DNA from: a virus
DNA: 64,000 bases
Reading direction: 5' to 3' (one strand)
Virus record (IMG/VR): IMGVR_UViG_3300013723_000002
Shown: one piece after another, positions 9,316 to 18,192 of the stretch
How the letters are laid out: every line of letters begins with the position of its first letter
Position numbering within the stretch: position 1 is the stretch's first letter
Made by a program: the position numbers and the translations under genes
Notes under the pieces: generated by a model
What the model was told of the DNA's origin: nothing
The model's input: the letters and a program-made list of their open reading frames with translations, nothing else
Database searches by the model: none

Positions 9316-10518
9316 TCATATTCCTATCACAAAAATATCAATCTGGCCCCCTGGAATAGAATGGCTAGAATGGCCGTGACATTCAGTTAGACTCGCATTT
9401 AGTGAATCTACGTGAACAATAAAAGGCTCTGTTCCCACTGGGCTAGCCATTATCATTGGTCTGGTTGTAAAGCCGGCGCTGGAATAATCACATGACCAAT
9501 TTTCTGCTGAAGGTATCACGTCCCGCCAGATCTTCATTGATCCGGTCGCTAGTAAACCTGCTTGATTGTAAACCGTCACTTTAGGCTCTAGGCTTTTCAC
9601 CCATTCAGCCTGGGTTCCTTGGAAACCTTCTAAAACGGCAGATTGATAAGCAGAAAGGCCATTTTTACCATTTTTACCCGGTTGGCCATCCTTCCCCGGT
9701 GCGCCGTCTTTACCTGGCTGGCCATCTTTCCCCGGCGTACCATCTTTACCGGGTTGGCCATCTCTTCCGGGTAATCCTGGCAAGCCTGGCACACCTATAC
9801 CATCTTTCCCCGGTGCGCCGTTCTTACCCGGTTGGCCATCTTTCCCCGGTGCGCCGTCTTTACCTGGCTGGCCGTCCTTCCCCGGTGCGCCGTCTTTACC
9901 TGGCTGGCCGTCCTTCCCCGGTGCGCCATCTTTACCGGGTTGGCCATCTTTCCCCGGTGGCCCTGGTGGACCAGGAGGGCCAGGCTCTCCCGGTACTGTT
10001 GCACCACCTTCCCCAGTTCCTGGATCTGTTGCACCACCTTCCCCAGTTCCTGGATTGCCGGCTGTTCCCCCGACTGGTGGCCCACTATTATCTGGTCCAG
10101 CTTTTACGTTTGAATGGGGGTGTGACATAAGAGATACGCCGCCTGCAACCACATCACCGGTACTTTTTACGTCTTTTGTGACGATAACTTTTGCATCCAG
10201 TAGGATCTCTTCTGCAATAAGTTCGATTTTCTTATGACGTAAACGGCGAATATCTGTAAGACTGCCTTCGCCGTGTGTCCTGAAAAAAGCAATGACGGGA
10301 TCACTAAATTGGCCATTTTCAAAAAATACCCAAATATCTGGCTGGCCATTAATTGAAAGTTCTGTGTCTAAATCATCATCACCTACTGGATATGCCAGCC
10401 TTGCGGTTACACCTTCATCTGAACCTTTTGTAAAAGGCGGAATACTAACCTGTGCGCGTTTGGTATTTTTGTTATAGCTCAGCAGCTTGCCAGGGAAAAA
10501 GCCAAGTAAATTATCCAT
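9316..10518 (-). CDS. baseplate spike (gpV-like N-terminus) fused to a collagen-like triple-helix repeat and a C-terminal fibre-type domain
   Basis: N-terminal ~85 aa resemble phage baseplate assembly protein V. About 37 G-X-Y triplets ([13 protein letters not shown]...). A post-collagen [24 protein letters not shown] motif is common in phage collagen-like fibres. Confidence 0.6.
   Translation of the reverse strand: MDNLLGFFPGKLLSYNKNTKRAQVSIPPFTKGSDEGVTARLAYPVGDDDLDTELSINGQPDIWVFFENGQFSDPVIAFFRTHGEGSLTDIRRLRHKKIELIAEEILLDAKVIVTKDVKSTGDVVAGGVSLMSHPHSNVKAGPDNSGPPVGGTAGNPGTGEGGATDPGTGEGGATVPGEPGPPGPPGPPGKDGQPGKDGAPGKDGQPGKDGAPGKDGQPGKDGAPGKDGQPGKNGAPGKDGIGVPGLPGLPGRDGQPGKDGTPGKDGQPGKDGAPGKDGQPGKNGKNGLSAYQSAVLEGFQGTQAEWVKSLEPKVTVYNQAGLLATGSMKIWRDVIPSAENWSCDYSSAGFTTRPMIMASPVGTEPFIVHVDSLNASLTECHGHSSHSIPGGQIDIFVIGI
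9658..9990 (-). repeat. collagen-like G-X-Y coding tandem repeat (9/18-bp periodicity)
   Basis: Repeated ccccggtgcgccgtctttacctggctggcc units. Encodes aa ~177-287 of 9316..10518. Confidence 0.85.
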
Positions 10519-10519
10519 A

Positions 10520-11416
10520 TTATTCCCCGCTTAACGTGGCAAGCCACATGACTGTGGCATGAGCTGTAGCGCCACCCACGGCGCCAGACTCAAAGTGATG
10601 GGCTGCGGTCAAAATGATGTATTTAGTATCATTAATAAGCACAATATCCCCAGCATTTAGATTCATGCTTAGCGCACGGGTAATCATGCCACGGGTAACT
10701 AGAACGGTTCTAAGATTCTTCAGGCGGCGAGCATCAAGGCCCGGATAATAATAACCAGGTGCATTGTTCTTTAAACTATCTTCAATGATCTGCCCGTCCT
10801 CACTTACGCTTACAAATGACGGTACTTCTCTTTGTTCAATTTTCGGGTTATCAATCCAGGATACGGCGCCGCTATCCAGCATGGTTACTGGCTCTTGCTT
10901 GAAAAGTTGTTGTAATCGCATGATATTGAGTTTCTTATCACGGTAAACAATTACAGCGGCTTCTTCTTGCAAGCGCTTAGCAATTTCATACGTTGCAAAA
11001 ACGCCGTAAGGACTAGAAAACTTCATCAAAGAAATATTATTGCCCACCGGCACTTTACAGCCACATGCTTTATATACAGCTGCAAAACTTGAATCTTCCA
11101 GGCTGATTAATTTGCTTTGAGGATCTATTAAAGATTCACAGCCTTGTAAAACTGCAATAATCGAGAAGTATTTTAGGCGAGTATCATCCTGGATTGTTTG
11201 TGTCCGGATCTCATTTAACTTAACGATAGTCACTGGAATATGTTGGTCACTTACCAGTAAAACTGCGCCGTTATGAATCAGATCCTTAATATCATTTTCA
11301 ACTTTTATTGTAGCTTCCAAGGTTACGGGTACGGGGATTAAATCCGTTCGTAACGTTGCCGCTATAATATTTTGCATACCAATAGATTGGCCATTTTTCG
11401 CGATCTGGATAAGCAT
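10520..11416 (-). CDS. hypothetical tail/baseplate protein (298 aa)
   Basis: Tightly packed in the baseplate-spike operon, 1-nt gap to the spike gene. Confidence 0.5.
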   Translation of the reverse strand: MLIQIAKNGQSIGMQNIIAATLRTDLIPVPVTLEATIKVENDIKDLIHNGAVLLVSDQHIPVTIVKLNEIRTQTIQDDTRLKYFSIIAVLQGCESLIDPQSKLISLEDSSFAAVYKACGCKVPVGNNISLMKFSSPYGVFATYEIAKRLQEEAAVIVYRDKKLNIMRLQQLFKQEPVTMLDSGAVSWIDNPKIEQREVPSFVSVSEDGQIIEDSLKNNAPGYYYPGLDARRLKNLRTVLVTRGMITRALSMNLNAGDIVLINDTKYIILTAAHHFESGAVGGATAHATVMWLATLSGE

Positions 11417-11425
11417 AATTTTCCC

Positions 11426-11866
11426 TTAATCAAGTTCTAGGGAAAAAGGAGGCTCAATACATGCCAGTTGTGGCAGTTTTGCACGTTCCTCTAAATACAA
11501 TTGGCTCGCTTCACTGGCACTTAAACCAAATTCAGCACCACCCAGGCTTTTTAGCGCCTCGATCCGCTGCGCCTCGACTACATTACAATGAGCACGTATA
11601 ACTGGCTCAAGTATGGACCATTCAAAACACTCAATTGTCAGGCTGGAATCTAATGCTACTTTTGCTTTTTCTTGGGCTTGAAAAGCTGCCCATCCCGCAT
11701 AGTAACGGCACTCAGCCAGGATAAGAGTTTCAATCTCGTCCTGGCTCAGTGAATAGCCCGACAATGTGAGCAGATCAAATAACCCTAGGGCTAGTTCTTG
11801 TATAGTACCCGCCTGGCTTGATGGGTAAATATTCAAAACATCGATCTGGCTTAACATTGTCGTCAT
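11426..11866 (-). CDS. hypothetical tail protein (146 aa)
   Basis: ORF in the same operon. No family recognised. Confidence 0.5.
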   Translation of the reverse strand: MTTMLSQIDVLNIYPSSQAGTIQELALGLFDLLTLSGYSLSQDEIETLILAECRYYAGWAAFQAQEKAKVALDSSLTIECFEWSILEPVIRAHCNVVEAQRIEALKSLGGAEFGLSASEASQLYLEERAKLPQLACIEPPFSLELD

Positions 11867-11877
11867 AATTAACTCAC

Positions 11878-12507
11878 TTAAAATAAATTCTTAACTGAGT
11901 TGGATACGTCTACACCGGTTTTAACCAGATTTAAGAGGTTTTGGGCTTTCGTCAGCAATTCACTATTTCCTGTGCCTTGGATCTGGATACCACCAGCCAC
12001 GGCATTAGAAACAATACCTGCAGATGAAGATTGGCCAAAGAACATATAGCTCATGTTTCCGCTGATAGTCATAATTTGTGACCGGCTTTCTGCATCAACT
12101 TCGCCTGGTTCTAAAGTCAAAGCACAATCAGTTAATTCGTGTACTTTGGTCCAACGATCATAACGTCCATCGTAAACCAGACAGTTTGTAGTGCCGTTAT
12201 TGGCGGCAAGTAGGTCAGCAAAATCAGACACTATGCCCTTTTCGGTTTCAATGATAGTATATGCGCCCTCATAAGAAGTTTTAATAGTGCCAGGAACATG
12301 CGCTGCTAGACCACCTGCATAGGCCACTTCTGCCTTATCGTTATTGGTCAATATTGGTCGGGGATAGCTTTTAAAAAGTAGTCGTAATTCTGGTGCAATT
12401 TCTGGTACCAGCATGGCATTACACTGTAGCATGGGTGCGCCCAGACCTTTGGCCACTTCATAATCACGGCGTAATTCGGCTGGGGTGGAGTAAAATTTTT
12501 GACGCAT
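11878..12507 (-). CDS. hypothetical tail protein (209 aa)
   Basis: First gene of a late unit, motif at 12561-12577. Confidence 0.5.
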   Translation of the reverse strand: MRQKFYSTPAELRRDYEVAKGLGAPMLQCNAMLVPEIAPELRLLFKSYPRPILTNNDKAEVAYAGGLAAHVPGTIKTSYEGAYTIIETEKGIVSDFADLLAANNGTTNCLVYDGRYDRWTKVHELTDCALTLEPGEVDAESRSQIMTISGNMSYMFFGQSSSAGIVSNAVAGGIQIQGTGNSELLTKAQNLLNLVKTGVDVSNSVKNLF

Positions 12508-12560
12508 GATTGATCTCGGTTAGTTAAATCATGCGTAAAGTGTGAAGGCTAAAAAAGGGG

Positions 12561-12577
12561 CTAATTTTTTTCGTTCC
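12561..12577 (-). promoter_or_regulatory. late-unit motif copy 4 (sense: GGAACGAAAAAAATTAG)
   Basis: GGAAC lies 70 nt upstream of the ATG at 12507. Confidence 0.5.
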
Positions 12578-12584
12578 CAAAAAC

Positions 12585-12606
12585 AAAAAAGGGCTTAAAG
12601 CCCTTT
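12585..12606 (-). terminator. terminator after 12624..13229
   Basis: AAGGGC-TTAA-AGCCCTT hairpin. Confidence 0.55.
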
Positions 12607-12623
12607 GGTAAACTGCCGGCAAC

Positions 12624-13229
12624 TTACCACTCTTCTGGTTCAAAATTACCAATAAGAGCAGGCTGTACACCGGCAGCAAGTTTTAATTCTATATCATTCA
12701 CTTCAAGTTCAATTGCTACACTGGGTACCAGATTTGCAGGGACTAATTTTGCCAGTGTCGGGGCAAGTTCGGCCAGCTCTTCTAAATCAATATCTGGACT
12801 CATTGAAACGTGTAAACGTGAAGTGAGAAACGTATCGCTAGACTGCGTATAAGTCAGGCGGGCTGGGTAACTGCTGGCATACACTTTAGAGTGATATAAG
12901 CGCCGTAATTTGTACTGTCCGGGCCAAATCATTTTTAAAACAAACTCTAAAAATGCCAGGCCACGCTTAGACCCTAATGCTTTCCAGTTTGCATAAATGA
13001 CCCGCATGATGGCTTCACTGGTTCCCGGACGACGCAACACCACCAGCCCATCCTGTTTGGTGAACCGTTCTACAACACTGGGACCGGCCATGTGGGGCAC
13101 GCTGTAGTCAAATAAGCTCTTTAAATCTTCTTCAAAAAGCTCTAAAAATGTTTTGCTATAGATACTCTGCAGGGCTTCTTCGAGCTCATTTGCAGTATGT
13201 GAATGAACAAGCGGCGCTAATAAGTCCAT
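12624..13229 (-). CDS. tail protein I-like (P2 gpI-like) baseplate component
   Basis: Follows and overlaps the J-like gene. N-terminus MDLLAPLVHSHTANELEEAL resembles the gpI-type LLPxxxTxLExAL. Confidence 0.45.
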   Translation of the reverse strand: MDLLAPLVHSHTANELEEALQSIYSKTFLELFEEDLKSLFDYSVPHMAGPSVVERFTKQDGLVVLRRPGTSEAIMRVIYANWKALGSKRGLAFLEFVLKMIWPGQYKLRRLYHSKVYASSYPARLTYTQSSDTFLTSRLHVSMSPDIDLEELAELAPTLAKLVPANLVPSVAIELEVNDIELKLAAGVQPALIGNFEPEEW

Positions 13230-14668
13230 AATGCCTCTCCCGATGAAGCACTACGCTGAATCTTAATCTCGATACTGCTATCAGTCATAAATACCCATTC
13301 ATGCGGTTTAATCGGGTTCCTGGCCAGATCCTCAATGTCGAGTCGGAAATCAGCAATTCGGTCCTGAAATGCAGCGACTTTCTCCCGGATCAGCTTAGAA
13401 ATTTCTTGCGAATTAAACCCATCTGCAATGAAATAAGAGCTTGCGATTGTCTCTTGGCCATATTTTGAAAGTAGAAGATTTTTTATTTCCTGCTTCACTG
13501 ATTCAACGTTATGTACTGGGGCCAGCTTTGCATTAATGGTGATCTGAAAGGGCCGCTGCTGTACGGGCCTTTCTTTAACTTTTCCATCGTACAAGCCATC
13601 TAAATGGGCAATATGATTTTTTATATCCTGGGCCAGTTGAACGGCTTCAGCTGTCACTCTAGGTACAAAAGCAATATTTAAGTGATTAATATCGTCCAGC
13701 GTGGCGCCGTAATATTTCTCTTGCTGTGCTTCATTCCAGACTGCAATGTAGTGACAGCGGCTCATAAAGGCTTTTTGGACTGCATAGTTAAAATCAGATA
13801 AGAAGACGGCGTTATCATCATGTGTCGGATAACTTGCCAAAAGCTTTAGCTGAGCGATGCTCAGCGGATTTGCACCGGCACGGACCAGGCCGCCTGCTTT
13901 AAATAGAATCTGGATCTTTCCTTCATCTGCTGTAACCAGCTCAGATAAAGCGGCTTCACGTAATACGCTGGTATCAATATAGCCGTCGGTTTCAGTGAGC
14001 TCAAAATTTAATACTGTGTTGGCCTGTATCGTGGTACCGCAACGCTGGGCATCTCCAAATTCGGCAGTAATCCGCTGCATTGAATCTGTTTTTAACGTAT
14101 AGGCCGCTTCACCTGCAGGTGCATTCATCCAGCGCCGGCGGTGGATAAAATTAGTTCCACTTTCATCGTAAACCCGGATAGCCGCCAGATAATAATCATC
14201 CAGAATATTGAGCGTCACCTGGTGAAAGGCTTCTGTAAAAATAGCTTTATATTTCTCAGTTCTGACTTGGCTCTGTTCAGCCAGGACTTCCGTTGTTTCT
14301 CCTGCGATCATATTAGCGGTCTGCAGTAGCCGCCAGATCCGGCCCTGCATATCTTCAATTAAGCGTCCGGCAGAAATGGTAACGGTCCGCTCTCCCTTAT
14401 TTTTAAATTCTAAATAATGCTGGCACGGCGTAGCAACCGGCAAGATCCCCTTATTTGTAGCATCAGCTAAAATCGTGCTATCCCGACTTTTAATAAAGGG
14501 CTCAATTATAGCAATAGCCATATCGCTAGACAGATCAGCCATAAAACTTGCCTGCGCTTTAAGTGGGGCGGCTACGGTGGGTTCACCGGCTTCAAACCGG
14601 GCGGAAATTTCAGGATAATCCTGCAGATTAATTCGCAGACGCTGGTTAATTTCATTGAGCGAACGCAT
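13217..14668 (-). CDS. baseplate J-like protein
   Basis: 483 aa, sits between the gp25/W-like and I-like genes with overlapping junctions (canonical W-J-I order). Confidence 0.5.
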   Translation of the reverse strand: MRSLNEINQRLRINLQDYPEISARFEAGEPTVAAPLKAQASFMADLSSDMAIAIIEPFIKSRDSTILADATNKGILPVATPCQHYLEFKNKGERTVTISAGRLIEDMQGRIWRLLQTANMIAGETTEVLAEQSQVRTEKYKAIFTEAFHQVTLNILDDYYLAAIRVYDESGTNFIHRRRWMNAPAGEAAYTLKTDSMQRITAEFGDAQRCGTTIQANTVLNFELTETDGYIDTSVLREAALSELVTADEGKIQILFKAGGLVRAGANPLSIAQLKLLASYPTHDDNAVFLSDFNYAVQKAFMSRCHYIAVWNEAQQEKYYGATLDDINHLNIAFVPRVTAEAVQLAQDIKNHIAHLDGLYDGKVKERPVQQRPFQITINAKLAPVHNVESVKQEIKNLLLSKYGQETIASSYFIADGFNSQEISKLIREKVAAFQDRIADFRLDIEDLARNPIKPHEWVFMTDSSIEIKIQRSASSGEALWTY

Positions 14669-14993
14669 TGTAAGTTTCCCCCGTTAAATTGCTTTCTTGT
14701 TTAGTCCCCAGTGGAATCACGATAGAGCCCAGCTGGATATAAAAGTGCTTTTTATCATGATCAATATCTTCTGAAACAATGCTGAGTGCATTGCTATCGA
14801 GATCAGCTAACAGCGGAATATCTTCCTTCATTTTGTCTAAAAAGCTGTCAGCTGCTTCGGTGTGCATTGGCACAAATAGGAGCTTTCTTAAATCGGCGCC
14901 GTAGCTACTGCCGTAATAGGCATTGGCTGGTGTATCTAGCCAGTGTTCAATCATGGCCTGTATCTGCTCTACTCTAAGATTTACTACGCTCAA
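14652..14993 (-). CDS. baseplate wedge protein, GpW/gp25-like
   Basis: YGSSYGADLRKLLF motif typical of the GPW_gp25 family. I prefer the TTG start at 14993, which has AGGAGG 6 nt upstream and a TTGA overlap with the upstream stop, over the longer track ORF. Confidence 0.55.
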   Translation of the reverse strand: MSVVNLRVEQIQAMIEHWLDTPANAYYGSSYGADLRKLLFVPMHTEAADSFLDKMKEDIPLLADLDSNALSIVSEDIDHDKKHFYIQLGSIVIPLGTKQESNLTGETYNAFAQ

Positions 14994-15364
14994 TGTGACC
15001 CTCCTAGAGCACCGTAGCGCTCTTCTGCAACTTCGACCATAGACACAGTGACTTGATACCAAAAAAGGCAATACAGACAATATAGGCTGCTTAGAATTGC
15101 AGTAAGCCAGCTTACATACGGCGCTATATCTAAACTTAATAAAAAATCAGCAGTACGCCAGCCAATAAATAGCACCACAATTAATAAAAATGAGATATGA
15201 GTAATAATCTTGGTACGACATTGGCCAAACAAAAATGCCATGCTGGTCTGTCGTAATGCTATGCCCAAATTCTTTTTAACTTTTTTAAAAACAAGCTTGG
15301 AATAACCCAGGTAGATAAACAGCACCAAGATCAACAAAAGATCAAAATATTGAGGTAGATTCAT
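14990..15364 (-). CDS. multipass membrane protein (3-4 TM segments) inside the baseplate operon
   Basis: Hydrophobic stretches LLLILVLFIYLGY, ISFLLIVVLFIGW and WLTAILSSLYCLYCLFW. Start abuts the stop of 15364..15993. Confidence 0.5.
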   Translation of the reverse strand: MNLPQYFDLLLILVLFIYLGYSKLVFKKVKKNLGIALRQTSMAFLFGQCRTKIITHISFLLIVVLFIGWRTADFLLSLDIAPYVSWLTAILSSLYCLYCLFWYQVTVSMVEVAEERYGALGGSH

Positions 15365-15993
15365 TAGGCATTACCCACTGGGGTATTAATTAAGTCGGCT
15401 TGTTGTTGACGAGTAGATAATTGCTGCTGCAGGTCATCACGTAATGCTTTCTTTTGTGTAATGCGTTCATCAATTGAACTGATCCGGAGTTTTACTTCCT
15501 TACTTTGCGCTGTAACAGATCCGCCCGAACGTTGCCCAGCCGGTTTAGGAATATTAACTTTCTGGCCAGCCATTCTTTTATCAAAAGCGGCTTGATTAGC
15601 ACGAACACGCTCAGCAATTTCATTAACTGCCTTTGCAAAGACGGAGGCATGACTAAAACGATCCTGGTTATTCATGGGAAGGCCCATAGTAGGTGTGCTG
15701 GCCGTGAATTGATAAGAGTCCGGGCTAAAATGCCAAAGCTCATTTTTAAGAGGTAGATCTTTGCCATTTAATTTAACGCGCACAATGTCGCCATCTGTAC
15801 GCACGACTAAAGTAACAGCTTGGCCATTCTCAAGCTGGAAATCCAGATCCTTGGTTGCCTCTCCTGCTATTTTCTTAATCTTTCCTGGAATAACAGCAAC
15901 GACTTGCTGCCCAGTCGCTTTCTGAAACGCCGTTTTAAACTGTTGTGCCAGGGAATGATCTTCATTTACTTTGTTTAGCTCAAAATTAGCCAT
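15364..15993 (-). CDS. hypothetical phage protein (209 aa)
   Basis: First gene of the baseplate unit, late motif upstream. Confidence 0.55.
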   Translation of the reverse strand: MANFELNKVNEDHSLAQQFKTAFQKATGQQVVAVIPGKIKKIAGEATKDLDFQLENGQAVTLVVRTDGDIVRVKLNGKDLPLKNELWHFSPDSYQFTASTPTMGLPMNNQDRFSHASVFAKAVNEIAERVRANQAAFDKRMAGQKVNIPKPAGQRSGGSVTAQSKEVKLRISSIDERITQKKALRDDLQQQLSTRQQQADLINTPVGNA

Positions 15994-16046
15994 TTTCGGT
16001 ATTTCCGTAACTAGGTTTTGGCCTATTTTGAAGTTGTAGAAAGACT

Positions 16047-16063
16047 CTAATTTTTATTGTTCC
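16047..16063 (-). promoter_or_regulatory. late-unit motif copy 5 (sense: GGAACAATAAAAATTAG)
   Basis: GGAAC lies 70 nt upstream of the ATG at 15993. Confidence 0.5.
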
Positions 16064-16093
16064 CAAAAAAAAGTCCTGGCTTGCAGGACTTTT
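16064..16093 (-). terminator. terminator after 16105..17235
   Basis: AGTCCTG-GCTTG-CAGGACT hairpin with flanking A- and T-runs. Confidence 0.6.
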
Positions 16094-16104
16094 CTGAAGA
16101 GAAG

Positions 16105-17235
16105 TTAGCTTTTTACATTGACGCTGGTCCAGACCTGGGCACCACATGAACGCAACACATAATCACCACCAAAGGCCTTAGTCACAATACAGTTATCAAC
16201 ACCAGGCGTTGCCCACAATTCAACGGTCATGGGTGCACCACTTCCAGCTGGCGCGCCTTGGATTGGATAATCATAGGAAACTAAGAAATTTCGCGGCTCA
16301 GCATCATTAAGAGTCTTAGCGGCTTCTAGGTTTATAAATGCTGGACTATAAGCTAATAAATTAACTAAAACTGTTTGAACCGTTGCATTACGATCAGTAT
16401 TTTCTTCATGGGTATAAATGCCGCCGCCATTAACACTGAATCTAAAAGTTAGATTATCAACACCCATTTTCTGATTCAGCATAGGTACAACTGATGGTGT
16501 ACATTGAATAGGCTCAGGTATTTCTCCATTTGAAGGTGAAAGACATGCACTGGCAACTAATCCATCTGAATTAAGAATTGCAGGATTATTTCCTAGCGCA
16601 AAAACCTTTATTAATCCTGGATTGTTTGCTGAACAATCATATTTAATGCGAATATTTGAGCTGCTGATATTTGTAAATTTAGAAAGAAGTGACAAGGCCA
16701 TACCAGATGGTGAAGGTAGAAGAACATCAATAGGCGGGTTATTAATATCGAGATCTTGCAATTTAAGCAGTCCATCAAAAGATACTACATCATTTGGATT
16801 AAATACCTGATCATTGATCTCTAACTTCATACTTAACATTGCAGATTGTAGTTGATCCATTGGCTTAGAGGTGTCCATAAACATGGCCAGATAGATACTT
16901 TCTGTTGCACCCGTACAGCTGATAGTGCTGCCGCTACCAGGTCCACCACCTGGGCCAGTATCCACCTTGGCGAGTATCCGCATTACCCAGACAAATGGTG
17001 CACCACTGGCCAAGGCATCTTCTACGGCCACGTAATCTTTATTGGTTGGGTCATAACCCAGCTTTGCCCGGATATTGTCACTTGTCACTTTAAACGGTTT
17101 ATCAAAACGACCACGCTTAAACTGGCCAAAGACCACGCTGTTGAGCAGCTGGACAGTTGGATCTGCCTCAGATTTATCGCTTACACCTGAATATTGAATA
17201 CCAGCCTGAGCGCCTAATACTTTTGTTACTGTCAT
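16105..17235 (-). CDS. monocistronic structural protein (376 aa) with a tail-sheath-like N-terminus
   Basis: Has its own motif and terminator, which suggests high expression. VVFGQFKRGRFDKPFKVTSDNIRAKLGY resembles sheath N-termini. A second copy starts at 63808. Confidence 0.4.
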   Translation of the reverse strand: MTVTKVLGAQAGIQYSGVSDKSEADPTVQLLNSVVFGQFKRGRFDKPFKVTSDNIRAKLGYDPTNKDYVAVEDALASGAPFVWVMRILAKVDTGPGGGPGSGSTISCTGATESIYLAMFMDTSKPMDQLQSAMLSMKLEINDQVFNPNDVVSFDGLLKLQDLDINNPPIDVLLPSPSGMALSLLSKFTNISSSNIRIKYDCSANNPGLIKVFALGNNPAILNSDGLVASACLSPSNGEIPEPIQCTPSVVPMLNQKMGVDNLTFRFSVNGGGIYTHEENTDRNATVQTVLVNLLAYSPAFINLEAAKTLNDAEPRNFLVSYDYPIQGAPAGSGAPMTVELWATPGVDNCIVTKAFGGDYVLRSCGAQVWTSVNVKS

Positions 17236-17284
17236 GGATCTATACCACTATTTGAAAAGTGATATTTTGCAGCCTGGCCAAAAT

Positions 17285-17302
17285 GCTTTTTTTTATTGTT
17301 CC
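17285..17302 (-). promoter_or_regulatory. late-unit motif copy 6 (sense: GGAACAATAAAAAAAAGC)
   Basis: GGAAC lies 67 nt upstream of the ATG at 17235. Confidence 0.5.
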
Positions 17303-17307
17303 AAGAT

Positions 17308-17338
17308 AAAAAAATACTGCCCGGAGGCAGTATTTTTT
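17308..17338 (-). terminator. terminator after 17358..18179
   Basis: ATACTGCC-CGGA-GGCAGTAT hairpin with A- and T-runs. Confidence 0.65.
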
Positions 17339-17357
17339 AAACTATAGAATAGAGCGA

Positions 17358-18179
17358 TTACATAGCACGATTTTGTTTATAGATGCCACGTTTATGGCCG
17401 ATGGCCAAGGATTTTACACGGCGCTTAATAGCGTTTGGTGCAATCGCTTTAGCTGCAGCTTTGCGTAGAGCAGCTTTTTGTTTTGGTGAAAGTTTAATTT
17501 TACCGGTACTGCCGATACGCTTATTCACTACTGTAATTTTCCCTTTCCGGACAGCTTTAATTCCGCGGTACACCAGCGTCTGGCCAGCTTTGTTTTTACG
17601 AACTGTATTTTTACCCAGCTGTGCAGCATCATACTCTTCAGTAATCTGGCCAATCACATCTTCATCTTCGCCGTAAATGAGATCTTGGATAAAATCATCC
17701 AAAGCATCGCCTTGAGGTAGATTGCTAATTACCGTTTCTGCAATTTCAGAAATGGCCAGATCAGCATTATCAATATCTGAACCAAAGGCATCTGCAATCG
17801 TATCTTCATCTACACCTAGGGCAATAAACAGATCTGACATATTAGCGGCCATAATCTGAGCCATTTGCTTGTTCAGCAGGCTAGATTCTTCATCGTCATC
17901 ATCTGGCAGATCAGCTGTTAAATACATATCCAGGCGGTCACTTGGAATTTCTGCATCTTCCAGATTATCTTCAAGAATATCGTCTACCAGCTGTAGGCCA
18001 TACATGATGGCATTTTTACGCATGGCCAAAAGCTCAGAATTAAATGCTTTGTCATCTAATGTCATAACCTTTTTAGCCGCTTCAGCTGCTGCACTATCAA
18101 AACCGTTTACGATTGTTTGTTTGGTTACTTCGTTCTGGCGTTTTACTTGCTGAATGAAGCCGAAATTTAATTTAGTCAT
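17358..18179 (-). CDS. hypothetical protein with acidic body and basic C-terminal tail (273 aa)
   Basis: D/E-rich centre and K/R-rich end. Could be scaffold-like or chaperone-like; not verified. Confidence 0.45.
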   Translation of the reverse strand: MTKLNFGFIQQVKRQNEVTKQTIVNGFDSAAAEAAKKVMTLDDKAFNSELLAMRKNAIMYGLQLVDDILEDNLEDAEIPSDRLDMYLTADLPDDDDEESSLLNKQMAQIMAANMSDLFIALGVDEDTIADAFGSDIDNADLAISEIAETVISNLPQGDALDDFIQDLIYGEDEDVIGQITEEYDAAQLGKNTVRKNKAGQTLVYRGIKAVRKGKITVVNKRIGSTGKIKLSPKQKAALRKAAAKAIAPNAIKRRVKSLAIGHKRGIYKQNRAM

Positions 18180-18192
18180 ATATCACCTGATA

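Noticed and set aside
9699-10130. Plus-strand and alternative-frame ORFs (9699..10130, 9795..10085, 9832..10113) across the collagen repeat.
   Set aside because: They are artefacts of the periodic GGN-CCN repeat, which keeps several frames open. Only the minus-strand G-X-Y frame continues into real flanking domains.
14994-15080. Long N-terminal extension of the gp25-like ORF in the track (start 15080).
   Set aside because: The extension overlaps the preceding membrane-protein gene and is Cys/Arg-rich junk. The TTG at 14993 with AGGAGG upstream gives a ~113-aa protein of canonical GpW/gp25 size.
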